The notes below the pieces were generated by a model, which was not told the origin of the DNA, did no database searches, and saw nothing but the letters and a program-made list of their open reading frames with translations. A stretch of 18,827 nucleotides of DNA, taken from the NCBI GenBank assembly GCA_003135555.1, contig PLCF01000087.1, positions 6,630-25,456 of the forward strand, written 5' to 3'. Positions 1-7,047 of the stretch are shown here, piece after piece. The position numbers and the translations under genes are program-made. Numbering within the stretch: the first letter of the stretch is position 1; every line of letters begins with the position of its first letter. This DNA is from Vulcanimicrobiota bacterium (GTDB lineage Bacteria; Vulcanimicrobiota; Vulcanimicrobiia; Vulcanimicrobiales; Vulcanimicrobiaceae).

Positions 1-944
1 GCGGTGAGGTTGAACGTGCACGAGTTACAGTTGTACGAGCTTCCCAGGTTGTAGAACGTCACGCCGCTTCCGTTCAGGGTCGTGCTGTTCGAGTTCAAGC
101 CGTTGGTGAACACGTACAGACCCGGGTTGAAGGTGACGGTCGAGCTGTTCATGTTCACCGATTGGCAGTAGACGCCCGGGTTCAGCGTGGTTGTCACGCT
201 GTTCAAGTTCAGGTTCGAGTAGTTGCAGGGCGTGGTCGCGGGCGGGTTCGCCGCCAGGTACGCGCAGCCGGCGATCGCGGGGCAAGGATCGATCGCCGCG
301 ATGGCATGTGACGGCGACGCTTCCGGGAAGGTCGAGGAGTTGACGCTGATCGACCCGACGGCACCGATCGAGGCGGCAGTGATGTTGTCGCTGTTGAGGT
401 TCATGATGCCGTTGGAGATGATGCCGCAGCTTGGCGCGTTGACCGTCGAGGAGTTCATGTCGATATCGGAGTTGAGCGCGTAGATGCAGTTCCCAGCGCC
501 GTTGGCGGTGCCGAACACGGCGACGGCGCGCGTGCTGACCGATTTGGCCGCGACGCCGAGCACTCGCTCGAAGAACATCCCGTGCGTGGCGCTGACGATA
601 ACCTCGACCGCGTTCGCATTGCCGGCGTACGTTCCCGACGCCGGCGGCGTGTTCACCGTGACGGTGATGTTCGCGCCGTCGTGCGTGAAGCCGTTCGAGG
701 CCGCGTCCGCCCGCGCCGCGGCCTGGACGTCGTTTGCGGCCGGATACGCGAGCTCGTTGGCCCCGGCGATCGCCGCGCTGTCGGCCGCAGATTGCTGGAC
801 GCGCGCCATGTAGCGCAGATAACCGGTGTCGACCGCCATCCCCGCGGCGCCTAGCAGCATAACGACAGCGAGGGCCACGATCGGTAAGACCTGGCCCCGT
901 TCACCTTCCTGGTGGACTCGTCTAAGCGGTAAAGCGAGCTCCAT
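1..944 (-). CDS. tadG: TadG-like Flp pilus minor pilin/adhesin, 3' end beyond the window
   Basis: Not in the ORF track (no stop in the window). Manual translation from ATG 944 (GAAGG upstream): MELALPLRRVHQEGERG|QVLPIVALAVVMLLGAAGMAVDTGYLRYMARVQQSAADSAAIAGA. This is the Tad N-terminal motif (class III signal, TM, D.G...Q.AAD.AA.AGA). It is followed by a Cys- and Asn/Ser-rich region with LNPGVYC...FNPGLYVF...GSGVTFY. The frame is open to position 1. Confidence 0.9.
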   Translation of the reverse strand, partial: MELALPLRRVHQEGERGQVLPIVALAVVMLLGAAGMAVDTGYLRYMARVQQSAADSAAIAGANELAYPAANDVQAAARADAASNGFTHDGANITVTVNTPPASGTYAGNANAVEVIVSATHGMFFERVLGVAAKSVSTRAVAVFGTANGAGNCIYALNSDIDMNSSTVNAPSCGIISNGIMNLNSDNITAASIGAVGSISVNSSTFPEASPSHAIAAIDPCPAIAGCAYLAANPPATTPCNYSNLNLNSVTTTLNPGVYCQSVNMNSSTVTFNPGLYVFTNGLNSNSTTLNGSGVTFYNLGSSYNCNSCTFNLT

Positions 945-986
945 TGAGGGTGCCTTCGTCCATGAGACAACACCGGTGCTGTGCTA

Positions 987-1016
987 AGTGTACCGTTGCA
1001 CCAGCACGCACGACAA
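987..1016 (-). promoter_or_regulatory. Putative sigma70-type promoter for tadG
   Basis: Minus strand TTGTCG (1016-1011), 18 bp spacer, TACACT (992-987), about 40 bp upstream of the tadG ATG. Confidence 0.4.
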
Positions 1017-1052
1017 GCGAAACCCGTCACGTTCCGCCTTTCTTAGCGCTGC

Positions 1053-1069
1053 GTCAACGGCGCGACAAC
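1053..1069. promoter_or_regulatory. 11-bp-period direct repeat, candidate winged-helix operator
   Basis: GTCAAC (1053-1058) N5 GACAAC (1064-1069). Same geometry as the repeat at 11475-11491. Confidence 0.4.
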
Positions 1070-1167
1070 GGGGCCGCGTGACCCAGCGCACAAGGCCGCG
1101 ATCGCCGGCCTAAATTGCTCAAGCGAACGGCGTCGCGGGTCGATGACATGATCACCCGGCACTCAGT

Positions 1168-2706
1168 ATGGAGGCTGCATTGGTCTGTCCGGGCCCCGCC
1201 CTTTCGGTGTGCTCTCGGCCCGTTTCAAACGGGGTAGAGCGCCGGCGCGTGCTCGACTGGTGCGATGCGACGGGCGACGCGGCGGTGCGCATCCTGTGCG
1301 GACCGATCGGCTCGGGAAAGACCTTTGCCGCGCGGCAATACGTCGCTGCGGGGGTCGGCCGCGCAGCGTACGTTCGCGTCCCGGCCCGCATCGACTCGGA
1401 CCGGCTGCGCGCGGCGATCGCGACGTCGCCGGCCCTCGAGACGGTGGTCCTCGACGACGTCGACCGGATCGACGCGGCGGTTTATGCCGATCTGGTCGAC
1501 GCGATCATAGCGGGCGAGGTCGAGCGCAAACTCATCTTGATCGGGCGCTCGCGTCGCCGGCTGCGCGCGGAGACCCTGCAGGCACGCGGCTTTGCGCGCG
1601 CGTGCAGCGACGAAACGCTGGCGTTCGAGGCGCGCGAAGTCGAGCAGCTCGCGGCAGCGTACGGGGTTGCGTTCGAGGCCGACGACGTGGTGCAACTGCT
1701 GCACGACACCGACGGTTGGGCGCTGGCCTCGGAGTGGCTGGTCCGCGACGCGGCCGAGAGCCGCCGCTCGCTGCGCGATGCCTTTGGCCACTGGCGCCAG
1801 CGAAACGGCCACTTGCTGCTCGAGTTCGTGGAGCGCGAGGGGTTCGAGGATGCCGCGGCCTACGAAGCGTTCTTCAACTCCCTGCGCACAGGGGCGCCCG
1901 GGGCGGAGCACGAGACGACGCGCTTCGAACAGCTGGGTCTACCGATCGTTCGCACCCGCACCGGCCTGCGGCCGTATCGCATTCTGGCTCGGCTCGCCGT
2001 GCCCGCAACCGCGACCGCCGCGGTCGACATTCGCACGACGACCTCGTTGCCGCCGGTCATGGCGGTCAACGTGTTCGGGCGGTTTCGGTGCGAGATCGCT
2101 GGACAGGCCGTCCCGTTCTCGCGCCGGCGCGACCAGCAGGTCTTTGCGTTCGTGGCCCTGCAGCCGGAGTGCCGCACGAGCCGGGACCGGCTGCTCGAGG
2201 CGTTCTGGCCCGGGATCAACCACGCCGTCGCCTCGCAGGGGCTCCGCACAACGCTGAGCCGCATCCGGCGCGCGATCGGCGCCGCCGCGCCCAGCGTCGA
2301 TCCCGAGCGGTATTTCGAGACCGCCGGCGAGGTACGCGTGAACGTGCGCACCGTCGCGATCGACGCGCTCCGTTTCGTGGATCGCGTCGAACAAGGGCGC
2401 ATCGACGATGCGCGCGGCGCAGTCGAAGGGGCCAAGCACCACTATCGCGTCGCGCAGCGGATCTACGCCGATCGCGTCCTCGCCGCCGAAGCCCCCGAAC
2501 CGTGCCTCGAACGCCACGCCGAGCAGTTCGAGGCGCTCTACGTCGAGGTGCTGACCCGCGTCACCGAGCTCCACGCCGCGACCGGGGACTTCGAGACCGC
2601 GCGTGAAGCCGCGCGGTCGCTGCTTTCGTGCAACAGCGACGAGGCGCGGCGGCGCGCGCTGACGAGCATCGCGGCGCGGCCGCCGGTAGCCGCGGCGACG
2701 GCATGA
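1168..2706 (+). CDS. Transcriptional regulator with MalT-like P-loop ATPase N-terminus and C-terminal OmpR-type wHTH plus BTAD (SARP/AfsR-DnrI-like)
   Basis: Walker A GPIGSGKT, Walker B VVLDDVD, MalT-like LAFEAREV...LLHDTDGWALA. C-terminal VFGRFRCEIAG...SRDRLLEAFWPG...GLRTTLSRIRRAI...IDALRF...YADRVL is the SARP wHTH/BTAD pattern. The true start may be the in-frame TTG at 1180 (GGAGG 5 nt upstream). Confidence 0.85.
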   Translation: MEAALVCPGPALSVCSRPVSNGVERRRVLDWCDATGDAAVRILCGPIGSGKTFAARQYVAAGVGRAAYVRVPARIDSDRLRAAIATSPALETVVLDDVDRIDAAVYADLVDAIIAGEVERKLILIGRSRRRLRAETLQARGFARACSDETLAFEAREVEQLAAAYGVAFEADDVVQLLHDTDGWALASEWLVRDAAESRRSLRDAFGHWRQRNGHLLLEFVEREGFEDAAAYEAFFNSLRTGAPGAEHETTRFEQLGLPIVRTRTGLRPYRILARLAVPATATAAVDIRTTTSLPPVMAVNVFGRFRCEIAGQAVPFSRRRDQQVFAFVALQPECRTSRDRLLEAFWPGINHAVASQGLRTTLSRIRRAIGAAAPSVDPERYFETAGEVRVNVRTVAIDALRFVDRVEQGRIDDARGAVEGAKHHYRVAQRIYADRVLAAEAPEPCLERHAEQFEALYVEVLTRVTELHAATGDFETAREAARSLLSCNSDEARRRALTSIAARPPVAAATA

Positions 2707-3887
2707 CCGCGATCGTCCCCTACGCTCCGGGCGACATCCGGCGCGGTCTGCGGCGCGGCGCGACGAGCGTCGTGCAATTCGCCTCCGGCGGCGTCGCCGC
2801 CGACGTTCGCGTCGAGCGCTTCGACCGGCGCAATCGCTGTTGCTGGTATGCGCTCAAGCTCGGCTCGAACGGGTCGGAGGTCACGGGACGGCTGGTCGGG
2901 ATGCGGCGCGGCGGCGCCGTCGACGAACTCGGATCGGTAGAGGTCGCGGCGGGCTCGCTCGGCAGCGCACGCTTCGCGGTCACCGCGCCGCGCGGCGGCG
3001 CGTACCAATCGATGTACCTGGAGATTCGCTCGGATGAGATGCTGCTGCGCGTTGAGGCGCCGCGCCCGCCGGTTCCGAGGCGGTTCGGTCCGTTCCGGGC
3101 GGCCGCGATGCTGCTCGCGATCGGGTTTGGCGTGACCTGCGCCGGTGCGGTGCCGCTCGCACTCGCCCGCGATTCCAAAGGGAGCGTGCCGGCACGACCG
3201 GTCGCGGCGGCGCCGCATCGCATCGTGCTGGTGAACGCGGCGGCGACGCCGGCGCGCGTGATCTCGTTCTCGGTCCGGCGCGACGCAACGCTCGGCGCCG
3301 AAACCGTCTTGGCGTCGTACCTCGCGGTCGGCGAGCGCGGCACGATCGAGCTGCTGGACCCGGCCGGCACGGTGATCGCCGCCGGTCCGTTCACCCGCGT
3401 CGGCACGATCCGGCTGCCCGTGCCGCTCCGGTACCGCGCGCTGCCGCTCACCGCGCAGCTCACCGTTCATCGCGGCGAAACCAAGGCCGTCTCGGGCGTC
3501 TGGGTAGCGCCCAACGCCGTGGCCGCACCCAGCCCGCTGCCGAATGCGACGCCGAGCACCGCGCCCGACGCACCGGCAGAAGGCATCACCCCGATCGACT
3601 CGGCGTCCTCGGCGACGGCGACCGGGATCGTCGCGGTCGAAGGCCACGCCGTCGCGGGGCAGCCGCTGCGTCTGCGCGTGGCGCCGCAGACCAGCGCGAT
3701 GCATCTCGAGCTGCAAGACGAAACCGGCACGACCCTCGCGGAAACGGAGATCGCGACCGGCGCGCGCCACGCGCTGTTGCCGCTCCCCGCTACGGCGGCG
3801 CGCGCGACCTATCTGCTGGCGCTGCACTACACCCACAACGGCGGCGAAGAAACCCTCATCCGCACCGTCATCGCCGCCCCGCACTAA
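2703..3887 (+). CDS. Hypothetical single-pass membrane protein with two extracytoplasmic beta-rich domains and a Pro/Ala/Thr linker
   Basis: ATG 2703 overlaps the regulator stop (ATGA). MTAIVPYAPG..., central hydrophobic helix AAAMLLAIGFGVTCAGAVPLALA, internal repeat IELLDPAGTVIA...RLPVP / LELQDETGTTLA...LLPLP. Codon usage fits the locus. Confidence 0.75.
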   Translation: MTAIVPYAPGDIRRGLRRGATSVVQFASGGVAADVRVERFDRRNRCCWYALKLGSNGSEVTGRLVGMRRGGAVDELGSVEVAAGSLGSARFAVTAPRGGAYQSMYLEIRSDEMLLRVEAPRPPVPRRFGPFRAAAMLLAIGFGVTCAGAVPLALARDSKGSVPARPVAAAPHRIVLVNAAATPARVISFSVRRDATLGAETVLASYLAVGERGTIELLDPAGTVIAAGPFTRVGTIRLPVPLRYRALPLTAQLTVHRGETKAVSGVWVAPNAVAAPSPLPNATPSTAPDAPAEGITPIDSASSATATGIVAVEGHAVAGQPLRLRVAPQTSAMHLELQDETGTTLAETEIATGARHALLPLPATAARATYLLALHYTHNGGEETLIRTVIAAPH

Positions 3888-3968
3888 TCGCTCGGCTCGC
3901 GGGCGCGGGAACCCGAGGTAGCGAACAGGATGCCGGCGACCCCGTCCCGCAGGGAGTCCGTATCGACA

Positions 3969-4364
3969 ATGAACGCGCTCGCTTTCGCCGTCATGCTCCT
4001 CTCGCAATTGGCCTCCCACGACGCGCAGGTCGTCGTCGCGAGACCAGAAGTCTCGAACGCCAACGTCGTCCACGTGGGGCAGACGCTCGTAATACCGCTG
4101 TACGACGGGCAGATCGCTCCGCTTTGGCACGATGCTGAGGGACTGCGGCGAGTCGGGCAACGGCGCATCCACAAGCACGATCTGCTCCAAGACCTCGGGA
4201 AGCGGACCGCGTTCGGCGGCTACGATGCCTCGTCAGAACGAAGCGAGGCCTTCATCGTTGAGCGACCCGGAGCGGGGAGCATCAACGTGACACTGCGTCT
4301 ACCTCAGCTCAAAGAGCGGTGCGTCAGTTGTCGGACGGTCCATTTCTACTTCCACGCCCAGTGA
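3969..4364 (+). CDS. Hypothetical small secreted protein with C-terminal CxxC
   Basis: MNALAFAVMLLSQLASHDAQ signal-like N-terminus, AGGGAG upstream. Fills the gap before the convergent DUF192 gene. Alternative start at 3930. Confidence 0.55.
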   Translation: MNALAFAVMLLSQLASHDAQVVVARPEVSNANVVHVGQTLVIPLYDGQIAPLWHDAEGLRRVGQRRIHKHDLLQDLGKRTAFGGYDASSERSEAFIVERPGAGSINVTLRLPQLKERCVSCRTVHFYFHAQ

Positions 4365-4378
4365 TGCTTGCGATGGTG

Positions 4379-4723
4379 TCAGACGAGTTCGAGCACGTCT
4401 CCCGGGAGCACGTCCACCTCGCGTAGCGCGCCGCCGCCGAGTTCGACGACGCCTTGTGCGCCTTTGCAACTGATGGCGATGCGGTTGGGGCGGACATTGT
4501 CGACGACGCGGATCACGTGGCCGTCGCGGTCGACGAAGATCACGTCGATGGGGACGCGCATGCCGATCGTGTGGATCGCGCGACAGGACGTGATCCAGAC
4601 GCCTTCGTCGGGGCGGAGCGTCGTGCGCGCGAGCAGGCCGACCGCTCGGTGCAGGAACGTGGAGAGCCTGTCGATTCTGGTCGCCACGATTTTTCCGGTA
4701 GTGGAGTTGCGCAGGAGCGGCAC
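4379..4723 (-). CDS. DUF192 family protein
   Basis: FLHRAVGLL...EGVWITSCRAIHTIGMRVPIDVIFVDRDGHV...VVEL..G matches the DUF192 pattern. GTG start 1 nt after the upstream peptidase stop. Confidence 0.88.
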   Translation of the reverse strand: MPLLRNSTTGKIVATRIDRLSTFLHRAVGLLARTTLRPDEGVWITSCRAIHTIGMRVPIDVIFVDRDGHVIRVVDNVRPNRIAISCKGAQGVVELGGGALREVDVLPGDVLELV

Positions 4724-4724
4724 G

Positions 4725-5342
4725 TCAGATCGTCCTCACGACGGCGAGCGATGCGGCAATCGAGGCCGCGAGGTAGGGTCCGAAAGCGATCGGGCGGCGT
4801 AACGCCGCGGTCCGTCGAGCGATGACGTAGGCCGCCAACGCGGCCAAGATGAACGCGAGCGTTGCACCGGCGGCGCCCAGCAGCGCGCCGCCCAGTGCCG
4901 CGAGCTTGACGTCGCCCCAGCCCATCCCGCGACCGCGCGAAAGCAGTGCGGCCGCCGCGAACGGGATCGCGACGAACGCCGCGCCCAGCGCCGGCGCCCA
5001 GTCGTGCGACGCCGCGCCGGCCCCCAGGACGAGCGCGAGCGGTCCGACGGTCAACACGTCGGGCAGCGCGCCGCAGAGCAGGTCGGCCGCCGCGCCGCCG
5101 GCGAGCGCGAGCGTGACCGCCAACAGCATGCCGAGATGAACCGGCGTTTCACCGCGCGCCGCGAGCGCGAGCCCGATGCACGCGCCGATCGCCGCGAAGG
5201 GCCAGCGAGCGAACGCGATCGGGTCCGGCCCGTCGTCGTACGGAACGCGGTCTGCGCACAGCCGCGCGCCGAGGAGCGCACCGCCCCACCCGGCGCAACC
5301 AAACAGCAATGCCGCGAGCGCCGCCGTGATGGAGAAGCTCAT
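4725..5342 (-). CDS. A24 family prepilin peptidase (PilD-like peptidase domain, no N-terminal Zn/methyltransferase domain)
   Basis: ATG 5342 overlaps the tadC stop. AAADLLCGALPDVLT, GMGWGDVKLAALGGALLG and PIAFGPYLAA; both catalytic Asp present; polytopic. Confidence 0.88.
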   Translation of the reverse strand: MSFSITAALAALLFGCAGWGGALLGARLCADRVPYDDGPDPIAFARWPFAAIGACIGLALAARGETPVHLGMLLAVTLALAGGAAADLLCGALPDVLTVGPLALVLGAGAASHDWAPALGAAFVAIPFAAAALLSRGRGMGWGDVKLAALGGALLGAAGATLAFILAALAAYVIARRTAALRRPIAFGPYLAASIAASLAVVRTI

Positions 5343-6193
5343 CGGTTCGTCACCAGCTTCGCGATGACGGGGCCGAAGATCATCAAGTACAGCGACGGGA
5401 TCATGAACAACGCCATCGGCAAGATCATCTTGACCGGGAGATGCGCGGCGCGCTCCTCGGCCCGGCTCCAGCGCCGGTCGCGAATCTCTCGGGCCAGCTC
5501 GCCGAGCACGTCGCTGAGGTTTGCGCCCAGCCGGTCGGCCTGCACGATCGCCGTCACCATCATCGTCGTCGACTCTTCGTTCACCCGGTCCGCCAGCGCG
5601 TTGAAGGCGTCGGCACGCGGACGGCCGAGCTGAATCTCCGACAGCATCGAGGAGATCTCTTCGCGCAACGCGCCCTGCGTCGCGTCGACCGCCTGCACGA
5701 GCGCGGAGTTGAGCGCCAGCCCCGCCTGTACGGTGCTGCTCAGGAAGTCGAGAAAGTCGGGCAGGCCGCGCTGGATGCTCTCTTTGCGCGCTTTCACCGC
5801 GCGGGAGAGCATGATGTTCGGTATGCGCCAGGCGACCAGCGCGGCGAACGCGCCGATCACGATCCCCAGCACGTTCCCGTCGAACAGGACCAGCGACATC
5901 AGGCAGGCGACCGCGCCGATACCCAGCGCGCCGATGCCGCGCAACGTCATCGCGATCGGGGTCACGCCGTACCAGCCCGCCTCGATGAGCCGCTGCTGGA
6001 CCCGCGAGTGCTGCTCCTTGCTGACGATCTGTTCGATGAGCGTGTAGCGCATGGCGACCGACTTCTCGTCGATCTTCTCGAGCTTTTTCAAGCGCGCCGC
6101 CATCGGGCTCTTCGCCGGGACGGTCGAGAACGCGATCAAGAACGCGGAGAAGGCGCCGCATCCGGCGACGATGTACGGCGAGATGTGGATCAC
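5339..6193 (-). CDS. tadC: Tad platform protein TadC (T2SS F family)
   Basis: GTG 6193 overlaps the tadB stop. LPDFLDFLSSTVQAGLALNSAL...LGRPRADAF...QADRLGANLSDVL...AEERAAHLPVKMILPMALFMIP. Confidence 0.93.
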   Translation of the reverse strand: MIHISPYIVAGCGAFSAFLIAFSTVPAKSPMAARLKKLEKIDEKSVAMRYTLIEQIVSKEQHSRVQQRLIEAGWYGVTPIAMTLRGIGALGIGAVACLMSLVLFDGNVLGIVIGAFAALVAWRIPNIMLSRAVKARKESIQRGLPDFLDFLSSTVQAGLALNSALVQAVDATQGALREEISSMLSEIQLGRPRADAFNALADRVNEESTTMMVTAIVQADRLGANLSDVLGELAREIRDRRWSRAEERAAHLPVKMILPMALFMIPSLYLMIFGPVIAKLVTNR

Positions 6194-7047
6194 GGGTCGA
6201 TCCTCGTGATTCGCGTCAGGACGAGAATCGCCAGCGCGTCGAGCGCGAGGGCGACCCCCAGAAAGATCTGCCCGATCGGCGTGCCGATCATCGGCCCGCG
6301 AAGATCGTCCTGCGAGAAGGCGAAGGCGCCGACTCCCAGCGGCAGCAGCCCCAACAGCCACGCGGTGGCGCGGCCCTGCGCGGTGACCGCGCGAACGCGG
6401 CGGCGCAACCGGCGGCGGTCGCGAATCGTTCCGGCCAGCCCCTCCAAGACCGTAGCGAGGTCGCCGCCCGTCTGCGCCTGGACGCGGATCACCCGCGCAA
6501 GCACCGAGGTCTCCGTCGTCGTCATGCGCAGCGCCAGCTGGTCGAACGCGTCGAGGATGCTCACGCCCAAGCTACTCAGCCCGACGACGCGCATCAGCTC
6601 GCTCTTGGCCGGCTCGCGGCTCTGTTCGCTGGTGAGCACCAGCGCCTGCCGGACTCCCAGGCCGACCCGCACGCCGCCCGCGAGCGTTCGCAGCGCGCCC
6701 TCGAGCTGCTCGGAAAACGCTCCAATCCGCTGCAGCCGACGCCGCTTGAGATACAGACGGCCGCCGACGCCGCCGACGACGGCGCAGGCGAGGAGCAGGA
6801 GCAGCGACATCAGCAACGCGGGATGCATCAGCACCAGCAACAGCACCCACAGCCCCACCGCGACGCCCGCCAGGACGAACACGAAATGCTGCGGCTCGAT
6901 GCGCATCCCGGCGGCTTCGAGGTCGACCGCGAAGCGCGACCCGAACGAGCCCAGGCGCGCGAATAGCGGCTCCGAGAACGACGCGAAGAGCAGGCCGATC
7001 GCGATCACGGCGCCGATCAGGATCGCGAACGGCGCTACCGCAGCCAT
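6190..7047 (-). CDS. tadB: Tad platform protein TadB (T2SS F family)
   Basis: ATG 7047 overlaps the ATPase 3' end. FSEQLEGALRTLAGGVRVG...QTGGDLATVLEGLAGTIRDR...AVTAQGRATAWLLGLLP. Confidence 0.93.
   Translation of the reverse strand: MAAVAPFAILIGAVIAIGLLFASFSEPLFARLGSFGSRFAVDLEAAGMRIEPQHFVFVLAGVAVGLWVLLLVLMHPALLMSLLLLLACAVVGGVGGRLYLKRRRLQRIGAFSEQLEGALRTLAGGVRVGLGVRQALVLTSEQSREPAKSELMRVVGLSSLGVSILDAFDQLALRMTTTETSVLARVIRVQAQTGGDLATVLEGLAGTIRDRRRLRRRVRAVTAQGRATAWLLGLLPLGVGAFAFSQDDLRGPMIGTPIGQIFLGVALALDALAILVLTRITRIDP

Noticed and set aside
1..680. Nine N-x-S/T sequons in TadG as evidence of N-glycosylation
   Set aside because: They follow from the Asn/Ser/Thr-rich repeat composition. Only one (DMNSS) fits the extended D/E-x-N-x-S/T bacterial sequon, and no PglB-like oligosaccharyltransferase is identifiable here.
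223..854. Plus-strand ORFs 223-483, 484-813 and 582-854
   Set aside because: Antisense shadows of the minus-strand tadG-like gene, which has clear family motifs.
1209..4190. Long alternative-frame and antisense ORFs (1209-2606, 2538-4190; similarly 5441-7087, 8061-9479, 14224-15699)
   Set aside because: Expected stop-poor shadows in high-GC coding DNA: Arg/Ala/Pro-rich with no recognisable motifs.
3888..4378. Intrinsic terminators after the bitopic gene or between the convergent genes at 4364/4379
   Set aside because: Only weak imperfect stems and no U-tract.
4725..6361. Long N-terminal extensions of the peptidase (to 6161) and tadC (to 6361); likewise tadB, cpaB, cpaA and flp2 in the ORF track
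   Set aside because: The extensions overlap upstream genes in other frames. Stop/start overlaps define shorter, family-sized starts.
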